64,000 bases of DNA from Candidatus Poribacteria bacterium (GTDB taxonomy: Bacteria > Poribacteria > WGA-4E > WGA-3G): NCBI GenBank assembly GCA_965215265.1, contig OZ244048.1:1664001-1728000 (forward strand), read 5' to 3'. A program made the translations under genes and the position numbers. Positions within the stretch are counted from its first letter, which is position 1, and each line of letters opens with the position of its first letter. Below the pieces are notes generated by a model, which saw only the letters and a list, made by a program, of their open reading frames with translations, ran no database searches and was not told the DNA's origin. This document shows, in pieces, positions 39,295 through 50,489 of this stretch.

Positions 39295-39626
39295 AGCAAT
39301 CTCCTGTTTTCAAAAGAGTTTATAGTGAATTATGAAAATAATTAGACATTTCGATGAACAAACTCGGAAACGAGCCCTATCTTCCATCTGGATCATTGTA
39401 GGCGTGCTTTGCGACTGCGCAGTCGCGTTGGTTCAGCGCGTTCTGTTTATAAAACGCGACAGGCTCCATATCTCTACTCCGGCGGCGCAGTGTGTGACGC
39501 ATCGACTCCCTTCCTAGGTAGGCAAGACTTCTACCTCGCAGCTCACAATGTTATTGTAAAATCTACTGTCAGAATTCTTTAACAAAATCTTTTGTATCAG
39601 TTCATGATAGTCAAGCAAAAATTCTG

Positions 39627-42600
39627 TTAGGAGCTAATCTGAATGTATGAACAGCCGTTTCCTCGTTTCCTTACGTTAATTTTAACCGGCAAACGTCTCG
39701 TTAACTCCTGAATATGACTGATAAGGAAAATGCTTTTGCCCTGCATGCGGAGTCCTTCAAGTGCGGCGATGGCAACGTCAAGCGTTTCTGCATCAAGTGT
39801 ACCGAAGCCTTCGTCAAGGAAGAGTGAGCTCAATTGTGTACGCCCACGGCTGAGCTCGGAGAGTGCGAGTGCTAAAGCGAGGCTGGTCAGGAAAGATTCT
39901 CCACCAGAGAGCGTTTCAACCGGACGTTCCTCGTTTGCATTCCATCTATCAATCACAGTCAGTTTGCCGATGCTTTCTACTTTAAGTTGATACCGTTCAG
40001 ATGTCAAATATTCCAATTGTGCATTGGCGATACGGGCGACTTGCTTGAACATAATGTCCAGTGCGAAGTCACGCAAATCGTTGGCAGGAATTATCTGTTG
40101 TAGGTTATCCCATCGATTTAATTCGCGCTCGGCTTCCTCAATTTCACTAGTAAATGCCTCGCGTTTGGATAATGCATCTCCGAAGTCCTCTATCTTTTTC
40201 TCTTCCGCACCAATGTTTTTTTGTATTGTCTCAATTGTCTGCTCAATTTCTTGTCTTCGGGCAGTAATTTCCTCTAATTTCTGTGGCTCAAACGGTGTTT
40301 CTTCAAATCGAGTCTGCAATTCAGCAATCTCTACCTCAAGTGCATGCTTTTCTCTATTATACTCCTTTATATCTTTCTCGACTTGTTGCATCCACCCTTC
40401 TTCTCGAAAGGCGTTCTCATGTGCCTCAGGTGAGTCAAAGCCTGCACGGTTTAAGACCTTTAAGTAGGCTTCGCGTGCGATTTCCACGTTTTCTGTGCAT
40501 TCTGCACGGCGGGATAGTTGATATTCGTAATTGGTTTGTGCTTGAGCGAGCGATATCTTGCTCTCCTGAAATTCTTGTTCAGCTTCGTTGCGCTGATTCG
40601 CTTTTTTCTGAACTGCCGCTTCTAATTTTTCGATCTTGGTGTCAATCTCCTGCTCGGTTGTTAATCCATCTGTTTTGTCACGCGCAGCATCTAAAAATTG
40701 GTTTTCCTCGCACTGATAACGTTTAATATCAGCCTTAACCTCTTGATGTTGTTTTGTAAGTCTTTCATGCTCACGCTCGTTTCGGTGATGTTCAGATTCG
40801 AGTCGTTCCAGTTTTTGTATTTTCTTGCTGCATTCTTGTTCTCGTGCTTCAACCGTCTCTATCTGATTTTCGAATTGAGAAACCGCCTTTTCGGGTTCGA
40901 CTTGATGGAAAGTATTAGGCATTAACTCCCAAAAACGGTTTTCGCTGCTTGCCATCTCTGCTTTTAAATCCTCAAGTTCATCGGTTAGGACTTGCAAATT
41001 CTGTTGTGTATCTTTTAACAGTTCGTTTTCTCTCGCAATAACCTTCTCACAACTTTCAAGGTGTTGAGCTCGCGTCTCGTAATCATGCAATGCGTTCGTG
41101 CACGCCTCTCGTGCTTTGTGGAGATTCTCAATAGCAGTCTCTGCGTCCCGAAGCTGTTGCTCAACCGCTGCGGCTGTAACTTCGGTGTGAAGGTAAATTT
41201 CCTGCCATTGGTAGGAAAGGCTTTGAGCCTCCGACTCTAGTTCATCTATTTCCGCTTCGGATGTGTCAATTTGTGTAGTGAGGTTGTTCTCATCCTGCTC
41301 GAGCTGTGCCTTCTTTCGTTCTAGCCGTTGCATCTGTTTCTGTTCTGCTAGTGCGTCGGTTTTAGCCGTGGCTAAGGCTTTTTCAGCCGCTTCCAACAAT
41401 TCATCGCCTTCCGGCTCAAATTCATCGGCACAAGGATGTTCTGTAGCACCACATACCCTGCAAGGTTTTCCTGCCTCCAATTGTTGCCGCAGCTGATTAA
41501 TAGGAGCTGCGAGCAGTGCCAATTCGCGTGCGTGTTCAAATCGGGTGACTTTTTCCGCTGTCTGTGCGCAGCTGGCAGCTTGTGATTCCAATTGACGGTT
41601 AACTGCTTCAAGTGCCGCCTTCCGAATTGCCAAATGGGAATGTAATTCCGCCTTTTCGTGTTTCACATCATCGAGTTGGCGCTGCACAACTTCATACCGC
41701 TGGGCAATAGGTAGTGCCTGCTGTGCTTTTTCTTTTTGTGCATGCCACAGGTCGAGGGTTCCAACTGTTTGTAGGGCTGCCAATTCCGTGTTAATCCTTG
41801 CGAGTGATGCCTCAGCAGTCACTTTTTCGGCAGTGAGTTCTTCACGAGCCTGGGATAACTGAGTGAGTTCACCTTTCAACCTCTTTACGTTGTCCACATA
41901 TTCTGTCTTGCGTTCGGATTTCTCTTGTTGCCGTTTATGTTGTTCACGGTACGTTCCCAAGAATTCTTTTGCGCTGATGAGGCGTGGTTGCCTATCCACA
42001 GGTAGCGAATTTTCATCAAGAAATGCCCGGGTGGCTTGAATCTGTTGATGCAATTCCGCGTGGCGTGCAGTATCTTCGGTTAATTGCTTGGACAAATTGT
42101 TAATTTGTGCAGCCAATTCCTCCATCTGAGGTATCATACTTTCTGCTTGATTGTGCCTATCCTGTGCCTGTTTTACATCAGATTTCGCATGAGCATAGGC
42201 CTTCATTTTTGTCTGCTGGTTTTGCAATTCTGCCTGATATGCTCCGTCAATTTGAGTGAATTGCGCATCCTTCTGCTCAAATTCCGTTTGTGCGGCCTCA
42301 CATTCTATTTCTGCTTTCCGAAATGTGGTATCTACGTCGCTAAGTTGCGATATAGCAAAATCCAATGCCTGTTTTTCAGAACGAAGGTTATTGGCAAGTC
42401 TTGCTTGTTCTCGTTCGGTTTCGTGTTCTGCTATCTCCGCTGCTTCATCTAAAAGCACAGCGTACCGTTTCTGCGAGGTGCAGAGTTTTTCAAACGCTTC
42501 TGCCCGATTTTGTTCCCGCTCTTCTTTCCTCCGGGATTCCTCTCTTTTTTTTTGCAGTGCCTCCGCTTCATTGTACAAACTGTCCACCCTTGTCTGAGCT

Positions 42601-43271
42601 TCCGCGAACTGTCCCTGCGTGACTTCCGGAATAGCGTTTAATTTTTGGGATACCGCTTCGTATGCTGTTTTAACCCTTCGCACTTTATCGTTTAGCCCTT
42701 TTTTTAATTCATCATAGATACCGATGCCGGCGGTTGCTTCCAAAATCGTTCGTCTATCTTCGTCCTTTGCCTTCAAGAACGCCGCAAATTCGCCTTGTGC
42801 TAGCATAACAGAACGTTTGAAAGCATCAAAGCTAAGTCCCAAGATGGATTCTATTTCTTCACTCACCGTTTTTTGACTGGAACCCAAGGACTTACCTTTT
42901 GCCCCGAGTCTGTTAGTAATCAACTTGTTTTCATCAACATTAAACAACTGCCCCTTTGGGGAGTTCTTTCGTTTCATACTCCATTCAGCGAGGTAACGTG
43001 TGCTGTTTGCGACAAAATGCACCTCGGCGTACCCCTCTTTTTCGCCGTGGGTGATGAGATGGCTCGGATTTTGCGTCCCTGTTCCAGACAAGCGCGGGGT
43101 CTTGCCGTAGAGCGCGACGCAAATTGCATCTAACAACGTCGTCTTCCCTGCTCCCGTAGGCCCCGTAATTGCCACGAGAGATGCTTCGTCCAGTGGCGAT
43201 TTTTCAAAATCTAATTCCAGCACTTCACGGAAACTATTTAGATTCTTCAGTCTGAGTTTATTCAATTTCAT
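39627..43271 (-). CDS. sbcC: SbcC (Rad50-like) ATPase
   Basis: [20 protein letters not shown] zinc hook, [18 protein letters not shown]. Confidence 0.95.
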   Translation of the reverse strand: MKLNKLRLKNLNSFREVLELDFEKSPLDEASLVAITGPTGAGKTTLLDAICVALYGKTPRLSGTGTQNPSHLITHGEKEGYAEVHFVANSTRYLAEWSMKRKNSPKGQLFNVDENKLITNRLGAKGKSLGSSQKTVSEEIESILGLSFDAFKRSVMLAQGEFAAFLKAKDEDRRTILEATAGIGIYDELKKGLNDKVRRVKTAYEAVSQKLNAIPEVTQGQFAEAQTRVDSLYNEAEALQKKREESRRKEEREQNRAEAFEKLCTSQKRYAVLLDEAAEIAEHETEREQARLANNLRSEKQALDFAISQLSDVDTTFRKAEIECEAAQTEFEQKDAQFTQIDGAYQAELQNQQTKMKAYAHAKSDVKQAQDRHNQAESMIPQMEELAAQINNLSKQLTEDTARHAELHQQIQATRAFLDENSLPVDRQPRLISAKEFLGTYREQHKRQQEKSERKTEYVDNVKRLKGELTQLSQAREELTAEKVTAEASLARINTELAALQTVGTLDLWHAQKEKAQQALPIAQRYEVVQRQLDDVKHEKAELHSHLAIRKAALEAVNRQLESQAASCAQTAEKVTRFEHARELALLAAPINQLRQQLEAGKPCRVCGATEHPCADEFEPEGDELLEAAEKALATAKTDALAEQKQMQRLERKKAQLEQDENNLTTQIDTSEAEIDELESEAQSLSYQWQEIYLHTEVTAAAVEQQLRDAETAIENLHKAREACTNALHDYETRAQHLESCEKVIARENELLKDTQQNLQVLTDELEDLKAEMASSENRFWELMPNTFHQVEPEKAVSQFENQIETVEAREQECSKKIQKLERLESEHHRNEREHERLTKQHQEVKADIKRYQCEENQFLDAARDKTDGLTTEQEIDTKIEKLEAAVQKKANQRNEAEQEFQESKISLAQAQTNYEYQLSRRAECTENVEIAREAYLKVLNRAGFDSPEAHENAFREEGWMQQVEKDIKEYNREKHALEVEIAELQTRFEETPFEPQKLEEITARRQEIEQTIETIQKNIGAEEKKIEDFGDALSKREAFTSEIEEAERELNRWDNLQQIIPANDLRDFALDIMFKQVARIANAQLEYLTSERYQLKVESIGKLTVIDRWNANEERPVETLSGGESFLTSLALALALSELSRGRTQLSSLFLDEGFGTLDAETLDVAIAALEGLRMQGKSIFLISHIQELTRRLPVKINVRKRGNGCSYIQISS

Positions 43272-43273
43272 AT

Positions 43274-44443
43274 CTATTCTCCAGCAAGTTCCAACAATTC
43301 TGTAAAGGTTTTCATAACGTTTTTGTCAGGGGTTTCACCGAATTTTTCGGTGTAGAATTGCTCGAAAATCTCGGTTGGCTGCTGCATATCCTCAATCGGG
43401 ATGTCCTGAACTGCTTTCAGCGTGGGTAACTCAACCTCAACACTCAGCACCTCTCCGCCGCGTTGACTGAATGCCTCCCGAATCGTATCACTGATTCCGA
43501 CTTCTGGTTTCTCTAGCCTAAGTTTAACTTGGATGTATTTCTTATCCCAATCTGCTGTCATTGCCTCTCTCAAAACTGAGTCTACATCCCCAGTGACGGT
43601 GCAAAGTTCTTTGAAAATAGGTATCTCAATTTCTTGACAGGTGGGTGAATTTTCTGTTGGTACAGCCGCAAAGTTGAGGAGATAGACGTTTTTTCGATAA
43701 TGGGTTTCGTTGAACCTTAGGGGCAGCGGCGAACCTGAATATCGGATAGCACAACTCGCCCCGCGGATTGAATGCGGTCTATGAAGGTGTCCCAAAGCCA
43801 CGTAGTCCACGTCATCGGGAAAATCACTCACTTGTGTTGCGGTGGCTCCGCCAATCTGGATATTGCGTTCTGAGCCGGTTGCCTTTCCCCCTTGAACAAA
43901 GAGGTGCCCCATCACAATCTTCGGGAGTTCCGGCGGCATGTGCGCGACGCATTGCTGATATAACTTCTTCAGCTGTTTCCGGTACCGGTTTCTCTTATCG
44001 GATTCGCTCTCAAACGAAATGTGTGACAGTTCACTTTCAGATAGATACGGCACTGCTGCAACGGCGACGCGCGGATTTTCGGCTGGAAAGGTAAAGACGC
44101 ACTGACAAGCGTCTGTAACTGACCCAACAACGTAAATCCGTCCCAGTCTGAGAAATTCTTGTGGGGCTTCTAAATGCCTCGGGGAATCATGGTTGCCCGC
44201 CGTTATCACTGCATACGCGTCGGTTTCCTGAAAGAGCCGGTAGAGAAACCGATAATAGAGGTTCGTAGCATCTGCAGTAGGAAGGGATGTATCAAAGATA
44301 TCTCCTGAAACCAGTAGGAGTTCCACCTCATATTTTTGAATAGTTTCAAGAAGCCAATCCAAAAATTGTTCATGTTCGTCAAGCCGTTGGCGTTCGTGAA
44401 GTCGTTGTCCAATGTGCCAGTCGGCAGTATGTAGTATACGCAT
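43274..44443 (-). CDS. sbcD: SbcD (Mre11-like) nuclease
   Basis: MRILHTADWHIG, SGDIFD, AGNHDS, YVALGHLH, YSGSP. Confidence 0.95.
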   Translation of the reverse strand: MRILHTADWHIGQRLHERQRLDEHEQFLDWLLETIQKYEVELLLVSGDIFDTSLPTADATNLYYRFLYRLFQETDAYAVITAGNHDSPRHLEAPQEFLRLGRIYVVGSVTDACQCVFTFPAENPRVAVAAVPYLSESELSHISFESESDKRNRYRKQLKKLYQQCVAHMPPELPKIVMGHLFVQGGKATGSERNIQIGGATATQVSDFPDDVDYVALGHLHRPHSIRGASCAIRYSGSPLPLRFNETHYRKNVYLLNFAAVPTENSPTCQEIEIPIFKELCTVTGDVDSVLREAMTADWDKKYIQVKLRLEKPEVGISDTIREAFSQRGGEVLSVEVELPTLKAVQDIPIEDMQQPTEIFEQFYTEKFGETPDKNVMKTFTELLELAGE

Positions 44444-44718
44444 CGCTTGTGCTTTCTGTTCTGAATAGTTATAGATAGAGGGTATGACGAGTACGATTAT
44501 CATAACAGATTTCAACAAATTTTTCAAACAAATTATTAATTGTGCTTCTCTACTCGTTCTTGGACTGTATCTGTACGCCGGATGCTTTTCAGAAATAGAC
44601 TTCCAAAAAATTCTTGAAAAAAAGCGGAAGCCGTGATAAATTTGAAAATCAATGGTTCCTATACTCAGTGTTTAGAAAACACAACTTTTCCACTTCATTT
44701 GCAAAGGAGTTGTGAAAA

Positions 44719-45915
44719 ATGACCCATACGGATAATGGTAGGCTGCCAGCAGAATTGGAAAGCATGCAAGTCTATGGCGAAACCCTCGTTGGGTGGGATG
44801 AGCATACGCCACCCAATGAGACTGTAGATGCAGAGGGTAACATTTTTCCTGCCAACCGAGGGTTTGGCGTAGCAGATGCGACTTCTCCTTCTCGTCGGGT
44901 TTACGACGATCCGGAGGTACACGCACTCAGGGAACATTTGCGGAAACACAACGGAATCAGGGGCTTGGAAATTTGCGAGCCGCACGAAGTCAAACGGGCT
45001 GCGCGGATTTTTCGTCGGGACGGATTTGTTGTGGTGCGCGACTTGCTGAATGCTGAGCAACTTGCGAGGTGGCGCAAAGGCTGCGCACGCGCACTTCGAG
45101 ACATCCTTTCTATACCCGGTCACGGGAAGCGAAAGTACGTCACAGAGACAGGCCGGTTACCGCACAGATATAGTTACGGAACATCCTCAGCCTCAAGGCA
45201 GATGCTGCACGACCCGGTGTGGGCAAGTATGATCGATTTGCCGACAACGACACCAATTGTCACGGAAATTTTCGGCTCCTCTGATTACCGAGTGTGGGGC
45301 TCAGGGGGCGATCTCTGTTTGCCGGGGGCGATCGAGTATCAACACCTGCACCCTGATGGCAGAGATCCACAGCACCTTTCGGAGGCACGGATCGCGCAAG
45401 CACAACACGCCGGGGTTAAACTGCAGCCGGACATTGCTGACAATCTGGATGTACCGACACAAAAATTGATTATGGAAATGACACCGCCGACCGTCACTAT
45501 TAATTTCGTGATGTGTGATTTGACGTGGGAAAATGGGCCAATACGACAGATTCCGGGAACGCATACGATGCAACAGGCACCACCACCACCCGGTGATGAA
45601 CCCGATTGGATGCGGCATTCAACGTTGGTTGGCGCGACTGCCGGTTCCGGTGTGTTTAGGGACAACCGGGCGTGGCACGGCGCAACACCGAACTTGTCCA
45701 AAGAGATTCGGGCACTACCCAACGTTGAGTACGCTGCACCTTGGCGCACGCATCACGGTTTTAGTCGCATCATGCCACATGAAATTTGGAAAACTTTGAC
45801 ACCGCATGCGCAAAAATTGTGTGAATGGATTAAAGCAGAACCAGGGGTTTGGCCTCCGGGAGCAGGGATTATGCATCCACTTGCAAGTAAACGCGCAGAA
45901 GCAGCTAAAACGTAA
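44719..45915 (+). CDS. Phytanoyl-CoA dioxygenase (PhyH) family protein
   Basis: RDGFVVVRD, QHLHPD (HxD), IPGTH, WHGATPN. Confidence 0.85.
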   Translation: MTHTDNGRLPAELESMQVYGETLVGWDEHTPPNETVDAEGNIFPANRGFGVADATSPSRRVYDDPEVHALREHLRKHNGIRGLEICEPHEVKRAARIFRRDGFVVVRDLLNAEQLARWRKGCARALRDILSIPGHGKRKYVTETGRLPHRYSYGTSSASRQMLHDPVWASMIDLPTTTPIVTEIFGSSDYRVWGSGGDLCLPGAIEYQHLHPDGRDPQHLSEARIAQAQHAGVKLQPDIADNLDVPTQKLIMEMTPPTVTINFVMCDLTWENGPIRQIPGTHTMQQAPPPPGDEPDWMRHSTLVGATAGSGVFRDNRAWHGATPNLSKEIRALPNVEYAAPWRTHHGFSRIMPHEIWKTLTPHAQKLCEWIKAEPGVWPPGAGIMHPLASKRAEAAKT

Positions 45916-45940
45916 AAACAGATGAGGAAGAAGGAGACGA

Positions 45941-46030
45941 CTGATGTTAAGTTGAATTGGGGAATCTTAGGTGCAAGCGGCATCGCCTATGTATTTTGCA
46001 ACGGGCTGCGTTTTACCGATATAGGATTTT
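45941..46030 (+). pseudogene. N-terminal stub of a Gfo/Idh/MocA oxidoreductase cut off by a repeat unit
   Basis: KLNWGILGASGIA..F..GL, immediately followed by the repeat TTTTCGTATCTCTCCGTACC. Confidence 0.6.
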
Positions 46031-46160
46031 TCGTATCTCTCCGTACCGTCAACGCTTATGTATTAACGGTCGTGTGTAAATCTCGTCGGAGGTTATCTAG
46101 GTATAGTTTTGTATATTGTAGCACATTTTTGTATACTGCAGCACTACATAGTTGCTATAA
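46028..46160 (+). repeat. Modular ~61-bp repeat cluster
   Basis: TTTCGTATCTCTCCGTACCGTCAACGCTTATGTATTAACGGTCGTGTGTAAATCTCGTCGGAGGTTATCTAGGT, followed by partial units. Confidence 0.8.
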
Positions 46161-46398
46161 TGGCATTCGCAATTACGCTCTGCAGCATGTCTTTTTCGGC
46201 ACAAACCCGATCTTGGCTAATCGGCGGTATCATCACAACGCTTAGCATATTACCTAGTAATTCGGTAATATGCTCGTTTATCAGCGGACGGGATTGCTTT
46301 TTGCTTTTGCTAGAAGAAAAGGTGCCTGTTTCGAACGTCTCAAGCCTCGCGAAGCCAACCTCGTCCGAAAGCTAGGGGTCAGCAGAGGTAGAACGCGG

Positions 46399-48840
46399 CT
46401 ACTGGTTTTTGGATTTATCCGCCACTACCTCTGCTACTAGCTGTTCCAAAGCCGCTCCCTTGGATTTGTAGGAGATCAACTTGCCATCTCTATCAATAAG
46501 CCACCGTGCTGGAATAGAGCGAATGTCATACTGTTGTGCCAGGGGACTCTGCCGTTCTTGTCCGCTAAAAATCTGCCGCCACGGGATGTCATTCTCCTTG
46601 AGGTAGTTGCGCAGGCACGTTTCATCAGTATCGAGGCTCACCCCGATGATGTCAAACCCTTGTTCTTTATAGGTGTCGTAAATATTTTTGACATTCGGCA
46701 TCTCTGCGATGCAGAAACTGCTCCAGACGGCCCAAAAATCAAGTAACACCACTTTCCCGCGATATTGCTGCAGCGAAATCGGATTCCCATCAAGGGCTGT
46801 CGCAGAAAAATCGGGAGCCGGTTTTCCAACCCATGCCAATGTAGGCCGAACCTTTTTGCGGTATTCCATTGCTAATTCAGCGTTGCCTAACTTTTCATGG
46901 ATCTCGGCAAGCCTCGAGGATATACTGCGTTTTTGCGGGTATTGCTTTTCAAGGTTCTTAAAAAGTTGGAGCACATCCTCATCCCGATTTGCCTTCTTAA
47001 GCATATAACTGAGGGTCAAATGATCTTGAAGGGTTTTAGGGTTCATGACAACTTTGAAACGGTCAATAAGCCCATCTACATCTTTTTCCCGTCCACCTTC
47101 AATATAGAGACGGACAAGCATGGGGTAGATATAGAAAAAACTTTCATTATCTGGTTGTTGCTGAAGTCCCACTTCCAAAGCCAAAATGGCTTTTTCGATA
47201 GTTTCGTACATGTCTTCCGGCGTGTATTCCCATTCGCGGGATGACCGGTAGACCTCATAGGAGAAACTCAAGTTTAGACACTCAAATTCGTGGTTGGCGT
47301 GATGACAGCAACGAGCAAGTGGTATGACATCGCCATATACGGCTCGGTTTTCCAGCGTTCTTTCCCGGTTCTCTGGGTAAAACGAGTAGCCGTAACTCAC
47401 AAGCATCTCCAGGGCTGCATTGCCAGAAAAGATTGGCTTGCCACCCAGTTCATCTGTTGGACACAGCAAGAGGCTTGCATCTGGCAAATATTTGGGATAG
47501 AGTGCTGAGAGCCCCTCAGGAAAATCGCCGTTTTCATTGTGGTAGGCTTGAACGGCTTTGCCGATAGCCATCAAATTTTTGGTGCAAATTCCGATGTTTT
47601 TCTCGTCCTGTGCTTTGCAAATTCCGATGTTTTTCTCGTCCTGTGCTTTGCTGATATCCCCGCTCAGTTTTTGTGCCTTCACTTCCACACTCGTAGATGA
47701 CTTTAGCAATTCTAAATATCGGGGTATCCGCTCACTGCGAGGCAGATAATACGGATGAAATAAACTCCTACTGGATAAATGTTCAATCACTTCCAATTCA
47801 GGAGTTAAGGTCAGAATATCTACAGAATCCGTGTAATATTGTTGAAGTTTCGTGGCCAAGGCCCCAGCTGCTGCCCCTTTGGAACCTGCCCTCAGTTCGG
47901 GCAACTCCCTGAGCAAAACCCAGACGTTTACAAAGTGCATGTTGAGCAAATTGATAATTTTCGGTGAGGAGAGCGGACCCGCTCTCAAACTTTTGCCCGT
48001 CCCTCAGCAAGATTCATCGTCGAGCACACCAAATAAAAGCACCGCATGAATCGGACGATTCGATGCTTTTGCGAGTTCAACCGCGTCATCAATTGGAGTC
48101 CACACAATTTCGGTGAACTTGTAGAATGTGGACGCTAACTTCTCGCGGGCTTCTTCCATAGTAATAGCTGCTCTCCAGCCGGTCGCTTGGAGTCCAGGGT
48201 CTGATACACTGCAGAGCGCCATGTGAGGAACGAATGCCAAATCGTGATTTCTAAAAGCACCGATAGCTACATTACTATTGCGGGTGGGAAGCGATAGCCT
48301 AAATTGACAAATCGTGCCGCTGTTAAGATCGATTACCAGATGTCCAGCGAATTGTGCTGGCATAAAGTAGGCACCAATTGACACGTCCAGCGTGAAATTC
48401 GCATGAATTCGGAAGACAATGTCAGCATATTCAGGCGATAGGGCTCGTAAACACGCTTTCGCATTTGTCTGACTAGCTGGAATGCTACCATAACGTGGCA
48501 TCTTCATTGTTGCGCCTGGGTGAAACTGACGCAGAAATGGAAGCACCCCTGCTGGGTCTAAGTCCCAAACATCCCCTACGTTGGCAGTTGAAGAAGGAAG
48601 AAACACTTGAAAATCCGTTGTATTGTAGTCCTGCAGCGAATGCACAGGTTTGGGATTGAACAGTTCTAACGCTTCTTCCCATGCCATATCCACTGGCTTT
48701 GGCCACTGTGCCTTGGCTCGATTAAACTTTTCTTCTGTTGGCTGGTGCAAGTGATTCGCTGTATTGGCAATCGGTTCCCAATCTGCCCGCACTTGTACAC
48801 GGGTTGTATTGCCAAGCACATGGCTGAAGTCGACAGTCAT
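46399..48840 (-). CDS. Selenoprotein N (SELENON)-like selenoprotein with UGA=Sec at 48004-48006, fused to TPR-like and TlpA/AhpC-TSA thioredoxin domains (~813 aa)
   Basis: ORFs 48004-48924 and 46399-47988 are in frame across a single TGA: LLFGVLDDESC-U-GTGKSLRAG, compared with human [21 protein letters not shown] (recalled). AGGAGG RBS precedes the ATG at 48840; SECIS-like hairpin follows the UGA. Confidence 0.85.
47584..47651 (-). repeat. 33-bp in-frame tandem duplication (KAQDEKNIGIC x2)
   Basis: GCAAATTCCGATGTTTTTCTCGTCCTGTGCTTT occurs twice, exactly. Confidence 0.9.
47969..47986 (-). promoter_or_regulatory. Bacterial SECIS-like hairpin
   Basis: GAGAGCG-GGUC-CGCUCUC; the stem starts 17 nt after the UGA and the apical loop begins with G. 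Confidence 0.7.
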
Positions 48841-49034
48841 CTTATTTTGCCTCCTGTTGTTGGCACGATTTATGGTATATTTTAGAAGGACTGAGACATC
48901 TGATGCTTTGAATAATATCCTCAATAGACTTTATTCGGCATCACTCATAGCAAAGATAACAAGGCTGATGCCGATACTGTACAATATGGACTTACAATTT
49001 ACACTGTGAAAAAATAAAGCGAGCGTTTTCATTT

Positions 49035-50093
49035 TTATCCTCCTATCTCTACAGCCTTTCGTGTCTCTGCGGAAGCGTAAATAGCATCGGTTATTTTCTG
49101 AACAACGAGTGCCTGTTCAAGCGTTGTCATAGGTTCTCGGTTTTCACGAATTGCGGCGGCGAAATCTGACAATGGGGTGTCGTGTCGTGATGTGATGTCC
49201 GCATCCATATCTGAAACAGACGTTGCCTTTACGCCACCTTGGGTGGTGGTTTGGTTGTGGATAATGCTCTCCGGTTTACTATCGCCCATCTTAAGTTTGA
49301 GCGAACCTTTTGTGCCGATAATCTGCCAATCGGCGTGCGACTGCATCGTCATGAATTCCCCGCGTTCCAAACTAATAACCGTTCCACCTTCACACCGGAT
49401 GAGCGCAGTATAGTGCGTTTCTGCATCGGAGCCGGGGGCAATATGTGATTCAAATACAAGCGGCACCGTCCACGTCTGTGCAAAGACGGTTTGCGGTTTA
49501 AGCCGCCAACCGGTAATACCGAGTAGGTAATCTATGTCGTAGCAGCCCCAATTGACGAGAATGCCGCCGCCGTTGAGTGCCTTAGTCAATCGCCAAGCAG
49601 GACGCGGCGTGTCCGGTCTCTCACGTGCACCTACAATGGCGCGGCAGTAGACGCTACGGAGCTCCCCTAATTCACCGCTTGTGATAAGCTGAGTCGCAAG
49701 CTGCGCAGATTTCGCAAACCGATTCCGTGAGGAACAGCACGCCGAGGTGAGGGAGCCACGCGCCGCGATGAGTTGTTTAACTTCAGCTACGTTCATCGCA
49801 ATCGGTTTTTCTATCAGAACGTGCTTGCCCTTGTCAAAAGCGCGCAGCGCAACCTCGGTCCGGTATTGTGTCGGAAATGCCAGGACAACCGCCTCGATCT
49901 CATCGTCGTTGAGCAGGTCAACGTCATTCGTGTACATTTTCGGCGGTTGGAAACGTTCAGCAGCTTTCTCACGATTTGCCGCAATCATGTCCGCAGCAGC
50001 GACAAGCTCAATATGTGATGACGTAGCAGCGATACTGAGATGTCTACTCCCGATAACACCACATCCGATAACGCCTAATTTTACTGGTTTCAT
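49035..50093 (-). CDS. Gfo/Idh/MocA family oxidoreductase
   Basis: GVIGCGVIG, GKHVLIEKP, GGGIL..WGCY.ID. Confidence 0.92.
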   Translation of the reverse strand: MKPVKLGVIGCGVIGSRHLSIAATSSHIELVAAADMIAANREKAAERFQPPKMYTNDVDLLNDDEIEAVVLAFPTQYRTEVALRAFDKGKHVLIEKPIAMNVAEVKQLIAARGSLTSACCSSRNRFAKSAQLATQLITSGELGELRSVYCRAIVGARERPDTPRPAWRLTKALNGGGILVNWGCYDIDYLLGITGWRLKPQTVFAQTWTVPLVFESHIAPGSDAETHYTALIRCEGGTVISLERGEFMTMQSHADWQIIGTKGSLKLKMGDSKPESIIHNQTTTQGGVKATSVSDMDADITSRHDTPLSDFAAAIRENREPMTTLEQALVVQKITDAIYASAETRKAVEIGG

Positions 50094-50342
50094 ATTTTCG
50101 TCGTTCCTTAACAGGTTTAGTTAGGATTATCATGCAAAAATAGATATCCTGCTAGTTCTGCTCGCCGCGATGAGCGAACTGTTATTATTTTATAATTTGC
50201 CGGCCTTTAGCAACAAAAAATTGCCAACTCTCCTAGAGTGTCTCAAGTTGTTAGAAGCCACTACTTTTTCCACTCTACTTGCCTTGAGCGTTGGACTATT
50301 CCCACTTTCCTATGCTTATTCAAAGAACGTTTTAATCTCTCA

Positions 50343-50416
50343 TCGCCTTGCCAACCCGGGGTGACTATAAATTCCATCTCCTGTCCCGCATTTCTCCCAT
50401 CAAATTGCAATGCCCA
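50343..50416. repeat. 74-bp orphan copy of an internal segment of the LamG gene (52120-52193)
   Basis: Identical except for 2 adjacent bases. Confidence 0.9.
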
Positions 50417-50489
50417 AAGGAAAGAAAATCTGCCAAGCCACACAACCAAACTAGTATTGGTTTGAGGCAATGAAACGAGTTTACATCAT

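Noticed and set aside
44444-44527. Signal-peptide-like N-terminal extension on SbcD
   Set aside because: SbcD is cytoplasmic and its conserved start is MRILHTADWH; the extension is probably incidental, though not excluded.
48841-48924. Longer TTG start for the SelN-like gene
   Set aside because: The ATG at 48840 has a clear AGGAGG RBS; the extension overlaps the likely upstream regulatory region.
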